DNA of 64,000 nt from an uncultured Candidatus Binatia bacterium (GCA_965242525.1 OZ251459.1:3744001-3808000); one strand, 5' to 3'. Positions 17,354 through 26,687 are shown, counted from the first letter of the stretch. Made by a program: numbers and translations. Notes: a model not told the origin generated them from the sequence alone.

Positions 17354-18906
17354 CCGCGGGTGCTTTCTTGCGCACGGTTGAAAATGGCGGCGCTTGCGTT
17401 GTACAGCGCCTCGCTCACGACGCCGTAATCGGTGGGATACATGCCGGTTTCCGGATTGAACGGCACTTCCTCCACGACCGACCCCTTCGGTCGCTTCGTA
17501 GGCTTGAACAGCCACGCGCCGACCTCGTCCGGGCTGAGCGCGACGTCGGCCCCTGTAATTCCCGCCTGCCGGTTCGCGGGCAAGGAAGAAAGTCCGACGA
17601 GGTTGCCGATCTGTTCGAGAAACCACTCGCTGTGCGTCGTCATGACGATACGCACGCCGGCACGAACCAGCCTCGCCAGTTCGAGCGCAAACGCCGCCTG
17701 CATGGCAGGGTGCAGGTGAGCTTCCGGCTCCTCGATGATGAGCAACTCACCAGGCCGGACCACGTACCGCAGATACAGCACGACCGGCGCGAGTTCCGAC
17801 ACCATGGACGAAGCCCGCATCAGCGGCAGGTCGTCCTTCCAGCCCTCGGGGCGATAGGCGAACGTCGGGTAGCCGGTCTCCGAACGCTCCAGACGAACCC
17901 TTCCCTGGAGGATGTTCTTTTCCAGAAACGCCTCGAGCTTGGGCGCCGGTTTCCCGAAAGGACGCCTTGCAACGGGCCTTCCCGGTGCGCTCATTTCAAT
18001 CAGTTGGCTCAGAAAATCCCCCAACACGCCGGACAGCATCGGGACGTCACGAGAAGGGCGGAGTCCTGCGGTCGTGGCGTTCTGGACCAACGTGCTCACG
18101 ACCACCTGATGACTGTGCATGACACCGGTGCGGTCGGCTGGCAGGTAGTACGCGTTTCGGGAGACCGGGCCAAGCAGGGAAGCGAATATGGGCCTCGGTA
18201 AAAACCTCAAGAGGGAGTCCAACTCTTCGTCATCGTCTTCTTCTTCTGTTTGAAACATCCCGAGCTCCATCACATGCGTCACATTTTCGGGCGAAATTCC
18301 GGACGTCAACGAGATTGTCCTGGGAACTTCGCTGGACAAGTGAATTTCTTTCTGGCCGAATTCGAGTTGATATCGAACCTGCCCGGCGTCGGTTTCCTGT
18401 GGAAGATGCATCCTGACGCTTGTACGGGGATGAGTGTCCACACGCCGCACCAACTCACCAAGACGATCGACACCGAAACATCGACATATCTCCTGCTCCA
18501 GACTGCCCTCAAGACCCTTGTACCGTTCCAGCATTTCCCGGATAGATACGGCAAGGTTTTCAGGGAATGTCGGAAGCACGGCGTTTTCCGACACTTTCGA
18601 AAGCCAATCCTTCAGGTTTCTCCGCATTGAAGGAGTGATCGGGCGAACGGGTTCGAACGGCGGCAAACGGATAGAACCACGGAGTAGGCGGTATCCTCGG
18701 CGGTCATAAGGAAAACTATTCTGCCCGCCGAAACACTGGTGCAGGGCGTAGATCAGAATCGCCAAATAGGATTTGCCGGTGTTGCTCGGGCCGATGAACA
18801 CCGTGAGCGGCCGCAGGTCCACGCTGGCTTTGGCGATCGGCCCGAAATTGGTCACGTCGAGGCGATAATCGCCGACTATTTGCGACTCAGGGGCGGACGT
18901 GTTCAT
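17350..18906 (-). CDS. ABC/AAA_15/21-type ATPase
   Basis: NFGPI, Walker A GPSNTGKS, LPADR, ASSMVSE, IIEEPEAHLHP, TTHS. Confidence 0.9.
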   Translation of the reverse strand: MNTSAPESQIVGDYRLDVTNFGPIAKASVDLRPLTVFIGPSNTGKSYLAILIYALHQCFGGQNSFPYDRRGYRLLRGSIRLPPFEPVRPITPSMRRNLKDWLSKVSENAVLPTFPENLAVSIREMLERYKGLEGSLEQEICRCFGVDRLGELVRRVDTHPRTSVRMHLPQETDAGQVRYQLEFGQKEIHLSSEVPRTISLTSGISPENVTHVMELGMFQTEEEDDDEELDSLLRFLPRPIFASLLGPVSRNAYYLPADRTGVMHSHQVVVSTLVQNATTAGLRPSRDVPMLSGVLGDFLSQLIEMSAPGRPVARRPFGKPAPKLEAFLEKNILQGRVRLERSETGYPTFAYRPEGWKDDLPLMRASSMVSELAPVVLYLRYVVRPGELLIIEEPEAHLHPAMQAAFALELARLVRAGVRIVMTTHSEWFLEQIGNLVGLSSLPANRQAGITGADVALSPDEVGAWLFKPTKRPKGSVVEEVPFNPETGMYPTDYGVVSEALYNASAAIFNRAQESTRG

Positions 18907-19137
18907 GTTCGTCTCCCGTATCAACCGTCTGCCGGGAACTGCACGCTGTCTTCAACATCCTCTCGAACCCCAGGCCGGCCGCGGTTTCGCAGAACCGGAT
19001 CTCTTCTTCATCTGCGGTCTGGATGGCGGTCCATTCCTCTTGCAGGAAAGTATCCTCGATACCGCGAACTACGAGCCGCCGAAACGCAGGTTCGCATCCG
19101 ATCGAGCGGCGCCTTCGCGCCGACCCCGTTGGCTCCC

Positions 19138-19166
19138 AGTATACAACCGTCGTCTTTGCCCGTCGA
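19138..19166 (-). promoter_or_regulatory. Putative sigma70 promoter TCGACG-N17-TATACT just downstream of the helicase stop
   Basis: Same -35, same spacing and a near-consensus -10 as the copy at 14880-14908. Confidence 0.6.
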
Positions 19167-19208
19167 CCCTGGCTTCGGCCGGGCAAGCGGCCAGGTTTCC
19201 CGGAGCCG

Positions 19209-22200
19209 TCACCCCGGCTCCTCCCCTCGCGCCAGCAGATCGTCCAGCTTGTAGTTGACGCTCACCGCCCCGAAGTCCGGCTCCCGCTCGAAGGGCTCGC
19301 GCACGTAGCGCACCCGGGGTTCCCCTTCGTCCGGGAACACGACGATGGCCAGGATGAAGTCCTCCGGTTTGTTCAGGGCGGTGAGGATCTCGTTCTTGGT
19401 CACCGTGACGCTGTCTGCGTCCGCAACGCGCCCCTTCACCTCGATGAAGCGCAGCCGGCCGGTTCCGGGGACGCGGCTCTCGATGTCGTAGCCGAGCTTT
19501 TCGGTCTCGCGGTCCACCGGCTCGAACCCGAGCCGGCGCTCGACCTCCATCACCACGGCGCGCGCCCGGGCTGCGGACGCCTGGGTGTCCGCTACCCGCG
19601 GCGTTGCCGGGCCTCCTCCGGTCATGGCGGCGACCAGCCCCATGGGCGCGACCACGAGGCCGCCGATGACCACCGGCGGCAACGCCGAAATCCGCGCTTC
19701 GCCGTCGAGTCGGGCCATGCGCCGTTCCAGGCGTTCCTGCAGGTCGTCCGCACGCCGGCGCGCCTCGCCGGAGTTGAGCCGCGCCCCCGCCTTGCCGGCC
19801 TGCTCCTGGAGCTTGAGCTGGTCGGCGCGGTGGTCCCAGTAGGCGATCTCCTTGGTCAGGCGTTCCTTGACCGCGGCCCGGGTCTTGTCGATCCACGCCA
19901 GGCGGCGGTCGCGGACCTCTGCGGCGTGCTCGGGCGCCACGTGGGCGATGGCCTCGCGCCGCGCCGTCTCCTCCAGCCCGGGGGCGATCCACGCGCACTC
20001 GGGCCGGTCGAGGACGTCGGCCGCGGCCGGTTCGCCTTCCGCGAGCGGGCGGTAGTCGAGGTACGGCGCGTGGCGGAGACGGTGCGCGTTTCCGGCGGCG
20101 TCGAGCTCCACGTACAGCATGCGCCGGGAGATCGTGCGGCCCTCGCCGTCCGGCAGGGGACTGGCGTCCCGGATGGCGTGCTCCAAGGTGAACAGCACGC
20201 GGGTGTCGAGTCCGGGGTCGCGTTCGTCCACCAGGACCGCGCCGCGCCGGAGGAGGCCGCGCCCGCGCTCCAGGGTGAGGTCCAGGACGGCGTCCAGGAG
20301 GGGATGCCCCGGGCAGAGGAAGGCGGCGGGGGGTTGCGTTCCCGCGGGAGGGGCGGTTTGGGTCTCCGCGGCGGAAGTTGCAAGCGGGCGGGACGCCCGC
20401 GTTCCCAGGGAGGACGGGGCGGAAGGCTCTTGGGGGCGGGGCGGCGGCGTTCCCGGGGAGGCCGGGCCGGAAGGCTCGCGGGAACGGGCCGCCCGCGTGT
20501 CCGGCGGGGCCAGCAGGGCCTTGTCGAAGACAATGCGCTCGTAGCGTTGCAACACCGGCTCGCCGGCGCCGTTCCGACGGTCCCGGTTGCGTACCGGGGC
20601 GGGGACGTGGGTGACCTCGTAGCGGCGCGGTTCGCGCTGGCGCACGGCGCCGCCGAGGCGGCGGAAGGCTTCGAGGAAGAACGACTCCACGTAGTGCGGC
20701 TGCAACCGGCGGGCCTCGGCGCGTTCCATGTCTTCCCGCACGCGGGCCACGCGGGTCGAATCCATTGCGTCGTGGGCGAGGGCCCGCTCCTCGACCAGCG
20801 CTTGCAGGCGCGGGCGGTCCACCGCCTGGCTCACCGCGCGGGCGAGCCGCGCCCGCACATCGGGACGGTCGCCGTAGCGGACCGCCTCGACCAGCAGGTC
20901 GCGCAGGCGGCTGCCCTCGAACCGGAGCTTGCCGAGCACGTCGAAGACCTGGCCGCCGAGGGCGTGCCGGGCCTGCTCCAGCTTGTCCAGGAGTGTCCGG
21001 TACACGTCGCCCTCGCGGGTCTCCTCCGCCACCAGGTTCCACAGGTGGCAGACCTCGGTCTGGCCGATGCGGTGGATGCGTCCGAAACGCTGCTCCAGGC
21101 GGTTCGGGTTCCAGGGCAGGTCGTAGTTCACCATCAGGTGGGCGCGTTGCAGGTTGATGCCCTCGCCGGCCGCGTCGGTGGCGAGCAGGATACGGACTTG
21201 CGGGTCGTACAGGAACGCCTCCTGGGCCTTGCGGCGTTCTTCCCGGCCCGTGCCGCCGTGGATGACGGCGATGGCTTCGGGGCGGCCGAGGAGCGTCCCG
21301 ATCCGCCGTTGCAGGTAGTCGAGGGTGTCCCGGTGCTCGGTGAACAACACCAGCTTCTGGCCGGGCGAGGGAACCGGCGGCGGGATGGCGCCGCTGCCGT
21401 AGGGGGCGGGGTCTTCGGCCACGTGGCCGCCGGCGTCCAGCCCGGCCGGCGTGAAGACCTCCCCCAGCAGGCTCGACAGTTCCCGCCACTTGGCGTCGCC
21501 GCCGCTGCGGAGTACCTGCCCCGCAAGCGCTTCGAGGCGCTTGAGCGATGCGATCTCGGCGTCGAGCTCCGCGATGGTGCTTGCTGCGGTGGCCTGATCC
21601 AGCACCGCGGCCTCCGCGGCTTCGAGCTCGGCGCCGGGGGCCTCGTCGAGGTCCTCCACGTCCTCGGCTTCAAGCAGCGGCCCGCCGTCCGCAAGGGAAG
21701 GTGCGCCGGGACCCAGGGGGCGCACGTCCTCGGCGTCGAGAGGCGGACCGCCGCCCCTGAAGCCATGCGTCTCCGCGGCGCCGCGCCCTGCGCCGCGTTC
21801 GAGGAGCGCCAACTCCCGCAGTCGGCTTTCCAGCCGTTCGCGCCGCCTTCGCAACGACTGGTAGATGGCCTCCGGGGACGAGGCAAGGCGGCGTTGCAGG
21901 ATGGTGAGGGCAAAGCCGACGGCGCCGGCGCGCTTGTCGTTCTGCAGCGCCTCGGCACGGTTGAACTCGCCGCGCACGTAGTCGGTGACCTCCTCGTACA
22001 GGCGGGCCTCCGGGGCCGAAAGCCGGTAGGGCACGCTGTAGGCGATGCGCTCGGGAAAGAGCGGCCGGCCGTCGAACTTCCGCAGGTTCTCCTTCACCAT
22101 GCGGCGCATCAGGTCGGAGACGTCCACTTGGTGCACTCCGTCCCGGAAGCGGCCCTCGAAGCGGTCGCCGTCGAGCAGCGACATGAAGAGCTGGAAGTCC

Positions 22201-23030
22201 TCCTCCTTGCCGTTGTGCGGCGTCGCCGTCATCAGCAGGAAGTGGCGAGTGAGGCTCGACAGAAGCCGTCCCAGCCGGTACCGCTTGGTGTACTTGACCT
22301 CGCCGCCGAAGAAGGCGGCCGACAGCTTGTGCGCCTCGTCGCACACCACGAGGTCGTAACCGCAGTCCGGCGCCCTGAGCTTGGCCTGGATGTCCTCGCT
22401 TCGGGCCAGCTTGTCCAGCCGCGCGATGGCCAAGTCGTTTTCGAGGAACCAGTTGCCGGTGCGGGCGGCCTCCAGCTTGTCGTTGGTCAGGACCTCGAAG
22501 GGGAGTTGAAAGCGGCGGTACAGTTCGTCCTGCCATTGCTCGGCCAGGTTCCCGGGACACACCACCAGGCAGCGCTGCAAGTCTCCTCGGGCCATCAGCT
22601 CCTTGACGAGCAGCCCGGCCATGATGGTCTTGCCGGCGCCCGGGTCATCGGCCAGCAGGAAGCGGAGCGGCTGGCGCGGCAGCATGGCTTCGTAAACCGC
22701 GGTGATCTGGTGCGGCAGCGGCTCCACCAGCGACGTGTGGACCGCCAGCAGCGGATCGAACAGGTGCGCGAGGCGGATGCGCTGCGCCTCGGACACCAGA
22801 CGGAACATGGCCCCGTCTCCGTCGAAGCTCCACGCGCGCCCCTGCTCGACCACCTCGAGCCGCGCCTCGTCGTGACGGTAGAGCAACTCGTTCGCCACCT
22901 TGCCGCCCGGCGTCTCGTAGGTCAGCTCGATGGCCTCCGACCCGTACCACTGCACGCTGACCACGGTGACCGGACCGTCGGCAAGAACGCCGCGCAGAGT
23001 GGCCTGGGAACGAATGTCTTCCAGTTTCAT
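19209..23030 (-). CDS. SNF2-family helicase with C-terminal DUF3883 (PD-(D/E)xK) nuclease domain
   Basis: LADDPGAGKT, DEAH, TATPH, QRFGRIHRIGQ, C-terminal GYDIES...FIEVKG. Confidence 0.93.
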   Translation of the reverse strand: MKLEDIRSQATLRGVLADGPVTVVSVQWYGSEAIELTYETPGGKVANELLYRHDEARLEVVEQGRAWSFDGDGAMFRLVSEAQRIRLAHLFDPLLAVHTSLVEPLPHQITAVYEAMLPRQPLRFLLADDPGAGKTIMAGLLVKELMARGDLQRCLVVCPGNLAEQWQDELYRRFQLPFEVLTNDKLEAARTGNWFLENDLAIARLDKLARSEDIQAKLRAPDCGYDLVVCDEAHKLSAAFFGGEVKYTKRYRLGRLLSSLTRHFLLMTATPHNGKEEDFQLFMSLLDGDRFEGRFRDGVHQVDVSDLMRRMVKENLRKFDGRPLFPERIAYSVPYRLSAPEARLYEEVTDYVRGEFNRAEALQNDKRAGAVGFALTILQRRLASSPEAIYQSLRRRRERLESRLRELALLERGAGRGAAETHGFRGGGPPLDAEDVRPLGPGAPSLADGGPLLEAEDVEDLDEAPGAELEAAEAAVLDQATAASTIAELDAEIASLKRLEALAGQVLRSGGDAKWRELSSLLGEVFTPAGLDAGGHVAEDPAPYGSGAIPPPVPSPGQKLVLFTEHRDTLDYLQRRIGTLLGRPEAIAVIHGGTGREERRKAQEAFLYDPQVRILLATDAAGEGINLQRAHLMVNYDLPWNPNRLEQRFGRIHRIGQTEVCHLWNLVAEETREGDVYRTLLDKLEQARHALGGQVFDVLGKLRFEGSRLRDLLVEAVRYGDRPDVRARLARAVSQAVDRPRLQALVEERALAHDAMDSTRVARVREDMERAEARRLQPHYVESFFLEAFRRLGGAVRQREPRRYEVTHVPAPVRNRDRRNGAGEPVLQRYERIVFDKALLAPPDTRAARSREPSGPASPGTPPPRPQEPSAPSSLGTRASRPLATSAAETQTAPPAGTQPPAAFLCPGHPLLDAVLDLTLERGRGLLRRGAVLVDERDPGLDTRVLFTLEHAIRDASPLPDGEGRTISRRMLYVELDAAGNAHRLRHAPYLDYRPLAEGEPAAADVLDRPECAWIAPGLEETARREAIAHVAPEHAAEVRDRRLAWIDKTRAAVKERLTKEIAYWDHRADQLKLQEQAGKAGARLNSGEARRRADDLQERLERRMARLDGEARISALPPVVIGGLVVAPMGLVAAMTGGGPATPRVADTQASAARARAVVMEVERRLGFEPVDRETEKLGYDIESRVPGTGRLRFIEVKGRVADADSVTVTKNEILTALNKPEDFILAIVVFPDEGEPRVRYVREPFEREPDFGAVSVNYKLDDLLARGEEPG

Positions 23031-23079
23031 GTTCTTCGGTCTCGCTTCCGGTGGGCGACCGATCCAATCATACCATTAC

Positions 23080-23464
23080 GGAACCCCTGAACAATCGGGA
23101 CAGGGGGCATGAGGCGTCCTTCGACTTCGCTACGCTACGCTCAGGACGAACGGGGACAGGAGTGTCGGCAAGCTCAACGACTCCGGGTATCCCTTCCAGG
23201 CAAGCGACTCTCCCGGGAACGCGGGCGTCTCGCCCGCACCGGCGGCATGCGCCGGTCTCCGGCAGCGCGCTCCCAAGATCTCCGCCGACGCCCACGCCCC
23301 TCGCCCTGCCCCGAGGTTTCATGTATGGAAACCCTGAACGATTACTCCCGTTCGTCCTGAGCATAGTGAAGACCCTCCGTTCGTCCTGAGCGTAGCGTAG
23401 CGAAGTCGAAGGACGCGCTTTCCACAGGCAGATGGGGTTCAAGCCGGAATTGTTCAGAGTTTCC
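23080..23464. repeat. Cluster of REP/MITE copies at the island boundary
   Basis: GGAACCCCTGAACAATC end, several CCGTTCGTCCTGAGCGTAGC cores in both orientations, GGAAACCCTGAACGAT...ATTGTTCAGAGTTTCC inverted ends, and a degenerate GGGAACGCGGGCGTCTCGCCCGC arm. Confidence 0.8.
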
Positions 23465-23519
23465 GTAGCGCACTCGTCCGGACGATCATGCGCTCTCGAG
23501 CACCACAGGGAGGCACCCC

Positions 23520-24692
23520 ATGAGCGGCAACCTTCGAGGCAGGTACGCCATTGCGGGAGTGGGGCAGAGCGCCCTGGGCAAGGTCCCGGAGCTTGGCCCC
23601 ATCGGGCTGTTTGCGGTGGCGGCCCGGAACGCCATCGAAGACGCGGGCCTGACCAAGGCGGACGTGGACGGGCTCATCACCCGGGGCCCGGACGACGTGT
23701 ACTGCCACCACCAGCGCGTGGGCGAGGCCCTGGGCCTGGACGTCGCCTACAGCACCTCCACGGACAACGGCGGCGCGAGCCAAGTGCTGGGCGTGGCCAT
23801 GGCCTGCATGGCCATCGACGCGGGCCTGTGCCACACGGTCATCGTCGGGTTCGGACGGGACACCTGGTCCCGGACGCACCGCACCGCGGCCGCCCGCCGG
23901 CGGGTGAGCATCGGCATCCAGAACCAGGGCGAGTTCGGACCGGAGTTCGGCTGGTTCGGCGCCCCGGCCAACTACGCGGTGTCCGCCAGACGCCACATGC
24001 AGCTATACGGCACCACCCGGGAGCAACTGGGGAGCATCGCCCTGGCGTTCCGCGGCCACGCGAGCCGGAACCCCCACGCCTTCTTCCGGAAGCCCCTGAC
24101 CATGGAGGAATACCTGAACGCGCGGCTCATCGTCGATCCGCTCTGCCTCTACGACTGCAGCATCTACATCGACGGCGCCGGCGCGGTGGTGGTGACTTCC
24201 GCGGAACGCGCCAGGGACCTGAAGAACCCTCCGGCCTACGTCATGGGGTTCGGCTTCGGGAACCGTCTCAGCGGCTGGTTCGAGCACGACAACATGCTGA
24301 CCACCGGCGCCAGGGAGGCGGGCGAGGCGGCCTACCGCATGGCCGGCATCGGCCCCGGGGACGTGGACACCGCGCAGCTCTACGACTGCTTCACCCAGAT
24401 GGTGCTGCTCCAACTGGAGGACTACGGCTTCTGCAAGAAGGGCGAGGGAGGCCCCTTCGCCGCTTCCGGAGCGCTGGCCCTGGACGGCGCCCTGCCCACC
24501 AACACCTCGGGCGGACAGCTTTCGGAGGGGCATACCGAAGGGATGCTCCAGATCCTGGAAGGGGTCCGGCAGGTCCGGCGCGAGCACGCGCCCGACCGAC
24601 AGGCCCCCGACGCCGAGGTGGCACTGGTCAGCGGCCACGGCGGCAACACCGCCTGCCAGTCGGCGCTGATCCTGGCGCGGGAGGCGTCATGA
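23520..24692 (+). CDS. Thiolase-like protein (SCP2/Ltp2 type)
   Basis: AIAGVGQ, HASRNPHA, DGAGAVVVT, QLYDCFT, NTSGGQLSEGH. The N-terminal catalytic Cys appears absent (NGGAS). Confidence 0.9.
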   Translation: MSGNLRGRYAIAGVGQSALGKVPELGPIGLFAVAARNAIEDAGLTKADVDGLITRGPDDVYCHHQRVGEALGLDVAYSTSTDNGGASQVLGVAMACMAIDAGLCHTVIVGFGRDTWSRTHRTAAARRRVSIGIQNQGEFGPEFGWFGAPANYAVSARRHMQLYGTTREQLGSIALAFRGHASRNPHAFFRKPLTMEEYLNARLIVDPLCLYDCSIYIDGAGAVVVTSAERARDLKNPPAYVMGFGFGNRLSGWFEHDNMLTTGAREAGEAAYRMAGIGPGDVDTAQLYDCFTQMVLLQLEDYGFCKKGEGGPFAASGALALDGALPTNTSGGQLSEGHTEGMLQILEGVRQVRREHAPDRQAPDAEVALVSGHGGNTACQSALILAREAS

Positions 24693-25099
24693 GCGACTAC
24701 GCCAAGCCCTTGCCCGTTCCCACGGTGGAGTCGGAGCCGTTCTGGGAAGGCTGCAAGCGCCACGAACTGCTGCTGCCCCAGTGCCGCCAATGCGCCGGTT
24801 ACCGGTTCCCGCCGGCCCCCACCTGCCCGCACTGCTGGAGCACCGAGTGGGACTGGCGGAAGGCCTCGGGCCGGGGCGTCATCTACTCGTTCGGGGTCTA
24901 TCACCGGGTCTATCACCCCGGCTTCGAAAGCGAGGTCCCCTACGTGCTCGCCGTGGTCGAACTGGAGGAAGGGCCGCGGCTCGTGAGCAACGTGGTGGGC
25001 CGGAAGCCGGAAGACCTCCGTTGCGGCCTTCCCGTGGAGGTGGTGTTCGAGGACGTCACCCCGGACGTAACGCTCTACAAGTTCACTCCCGCGGATTAG
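24689..25099 (+). CDS. DUF35 Zn-ribbon/OB-fold protein
   Basis: ATGA-coupled to the thiolase. CRQC...CPHC, GVIYSF, PYVLAVVELEEGPRL. Confidence 0.9.
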   Translation: MSDYAKPLPVPTVESEPFWEGCKRHELLLPQCRQCAGYRFPPAPTCPHCWSTEWDWRKASGRGVIYSFGVYHRVYHPGFESEVPYVLAVVELEEGPRLVSNVVGRKPEDLRCGLPVEVVFEDVTPDVTLYKFTPAD

Positions 25100-25109
25100 A
25101 GCCGCCTCT

Positions 25110-25268
25110 GGACAATCGAGACATCCGGGATGGGTTCCCTCACCCTGACCCTCCCATCCCCGTTCGTCCTGAGCGTAGCGGAGCGAAGTTTCCCCATTCA
25201 TCCTGAGCGTAGCGGAGCGGAGTCGAAGGACGCGCTCTTGCCTCTGTCCCGATCGTGCAGCGGTTCCC
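25110..25268. repeat. Degenerate MITE/REP copy between convergent genes
   Basis: GACAATCGAGACATCCGGGATGG...two TCCTGAGCGTAGCGGAGCG cores...GTCGAAGGACGCG. Confidence 0.75.
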
Positions 25269-25280
25269 GGAGCCGCGCCG

Positions 25281-26021
25281 TCAGCGCGCCGTCTCGGTGA
25301 GCGTCTGGACGAGGGAGTCCGCCTGGTCGTTCCTGAACTTCCCCGAGAACAGGATGTCCGCAGGCAGGATGCCGGGCTGTCCGTAATAGGTCTCGTTGCG
25401 GCTCCGGTTGACGATGACCCCCCCGCCCTCCACGGACAGGCCCCCGAACAGTCCCTTGAGACGGGCAAACGAGAAGATGTCGAACACTTCGGCCTTGGCT
25501 CCGATGCCTTCCGGACCCACGCCGATGCTCGCGTCGGCGCCGAGATGGAGCTTGTCGTCCAGGAACCGCCTCAAGCCCGCATCCGTCATGATCATGAGGA
25601 TGACCTGCCCGGTGGCGAAACCGAACTGGAAACCGATGGATCCCGCGAGCAGGTCGTAGAAGGCCGGCTGGCTCCAGTTGCCGTCCCGGTCCTGGGCCAG
25701 GAGCACGCCGTGGCCGGTGTAACCGCCCACGAAGAAGCCTCCCTTGTACATGGCCGGCACGATCAGCAGTCCCTTGGCGTAACGCAGGTTGGCCCGGAAC
25801 CACGTCATCCGTTCATCCTTCTGGAAGTCCCGGAAGGTCCACAGGGCCCTGGTGACCGTTCTCTCGAGGTCCTGCCTCGCCGTTTCGTCGGAGTCCTGGG
25901 GCGCTGTTTCGTCGGAGTCCTGGGGCGTCGGTTCGTCGGGACCCTGGGGCGTCGGTTGCGCGCCGACCGGCGCCGCGGACAACGTGACGAACAGAAGCAC
26001 GACGGCAAGCGATACGCGCAT
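25281..26021 (-). CDS. Lipid-binding SYLF (Ysc84) domain protein, secreted
   Basis: Signal peptide MRVSLAVVLL, AKGLLIVP, KGGFFVGG, WSQPAF, GSIGFQFG, KGLFGGLS. Short PQDSDET tandem repeat after the signal. Confidence 0.88.
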   Translation of the reverse strand: MRVSLAVVLLFVTLSAAPVGAQPTPQGPDEPTPQDSDETAPQDSDETARQDLERTVTRALWTFRDFQKDERMTWFRANLRYAKGLLIVPAMYKGGFFVGGYTGHGVLLAQDRDGNWSQPAFYDLLAGSIGFQFGFATGQVILMIMTDAGLRRFLDDKLHLGADASIGVGPEGIGAKAEVFDIFSFARLKGLFGGLSVEGGGVIVNRSRNETYYGQPGILPADILFSGKFRNDQADSLVQTLTETAR

Positions 26022-26143
26022 AGGGCGCCCCTTCTTCCGGTGTTCTTCCGGTAATGAGCGGCAAGCGTGGACGGCCCGTCTCTCCTCTGCGGGCCAACCG
26101 CTCCCGCTTGCCCGTCTCGGACTCGGCAACCGATTCCGACATT

Positions 26144-26254
26144 CGGAAACCCTGAACGATTCCGGCTCGAACTCCATCTCCCTTCGGGAAAGCGCGTCCT
26201 TCGACTTCGCTTCGCTACGCTCAGGACGAACGGGGTAATCGTTCAGGGTTTCCG
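26144..26254. repeat. MITE-like element with perfect 17-bp terminal inverted repeats
   Basis: CGGAAACCCTGAACGAT ... ATCGTTCAGGGTTTCCG enclosing the REP core. Confidence 0.85.
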
Positions 26255-26311
26255 TTCACCATTCTACCGGGATTCCGATCCAATATCACGCAGAACCGCA
26301 AAAGCCCGCCC

Positions 26312-26498
26312 CGTCATTCCCGCAAGCACTCCACCCTCGCCATTCCCACAGGTGCCCCGCTCCCCGTCATTCCCGCAAGCACCCCACCCCTCGTCATTCC
26401 CACAGGCGCCCCACTCTCCGTCATTCCCGCAAACGTCCCACCCTCGTCATTCCCGCAGGCGCCCTACTCCCCGTCATTCCCGCGAAAGCGGGAATCCA
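26312..26498 (+). repeat. Seven-unit tandem array (26-27 bp period) of CGTCATTCCC half-sites ending in a full GTCATTCCCGCGAAAGCGGGAATCCA palindrome
   Basis: Units start at 26312, 26338, 26365, 26392, 26419, 26445 and 26472. Confidence 0.88.
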
Positions 26499-26515
26499 TC
26501 CCTTGAAAACGCTGA

Positions 26516-26687
26516 AGGAACCTCTGAACAATCGAGACACCCAGGATGGATTCCCGATTCCCTCACCCTGACGCCCCTATCCCCGTTCGTCCTGAGCGTA
26601 GACTCCCATCCCCGTTCATCCTGAGCGTAGCGAAGCGAAGTCGAAGGACGCGCTCATGCCCCCTGTCCGGATCGTTCAGAGGTTCCT
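26516..26687. repeat. MITE-like element with perfect 14-bp terminal inverted repeats
   Basis: AGGAACCTCTGAAC ... GTTCAGAGGTTCCT; homologous to 937-1079. Confidence 0.85.

Larger units (their letters stand above)
1254..23030 (-). mobile_element. Defence/genomic island next to tRNA-Ala; no integrase seen
   Basis: 12 co-oriented genes, nearly all nucleic-acid/defence-type, starting 50 bp beyond the tRNA 3' end. GC content is mosaic and gene-end scars are present. No integrase or att duplication was found, so mobility is not demonstrated. Confidence 0.7.

Noticed and set aside
19023-23090. 1355-aa plus-strand ORF and other long antisense ORFs (e.g. 1707-3893, 14845-16995, 32019-33932, 50511-53234)
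   Set aside because: These are antisense shadows of well-supported genes in high-GC DNA and have no motifs of their own.
23051-23442. Small ORFs containing PSTSLRYAQDER or FDFASLRSGRT peptides
   Set aside because: These are translations of the REP/MITE repeat and recur at every copy.
23030-23520. attR copy of the tRNA-Ala 3' end or an integrase
   Set aside because: No duplicate of the tRNA 3' sequence and no recombinase ORF were seen; only REP/MITE copies.
26312-26498. CRISPR array
   Set aside because: The period is only 26-27 bp, the 'spacers' resemble each other, and no cas genes or leader are present.
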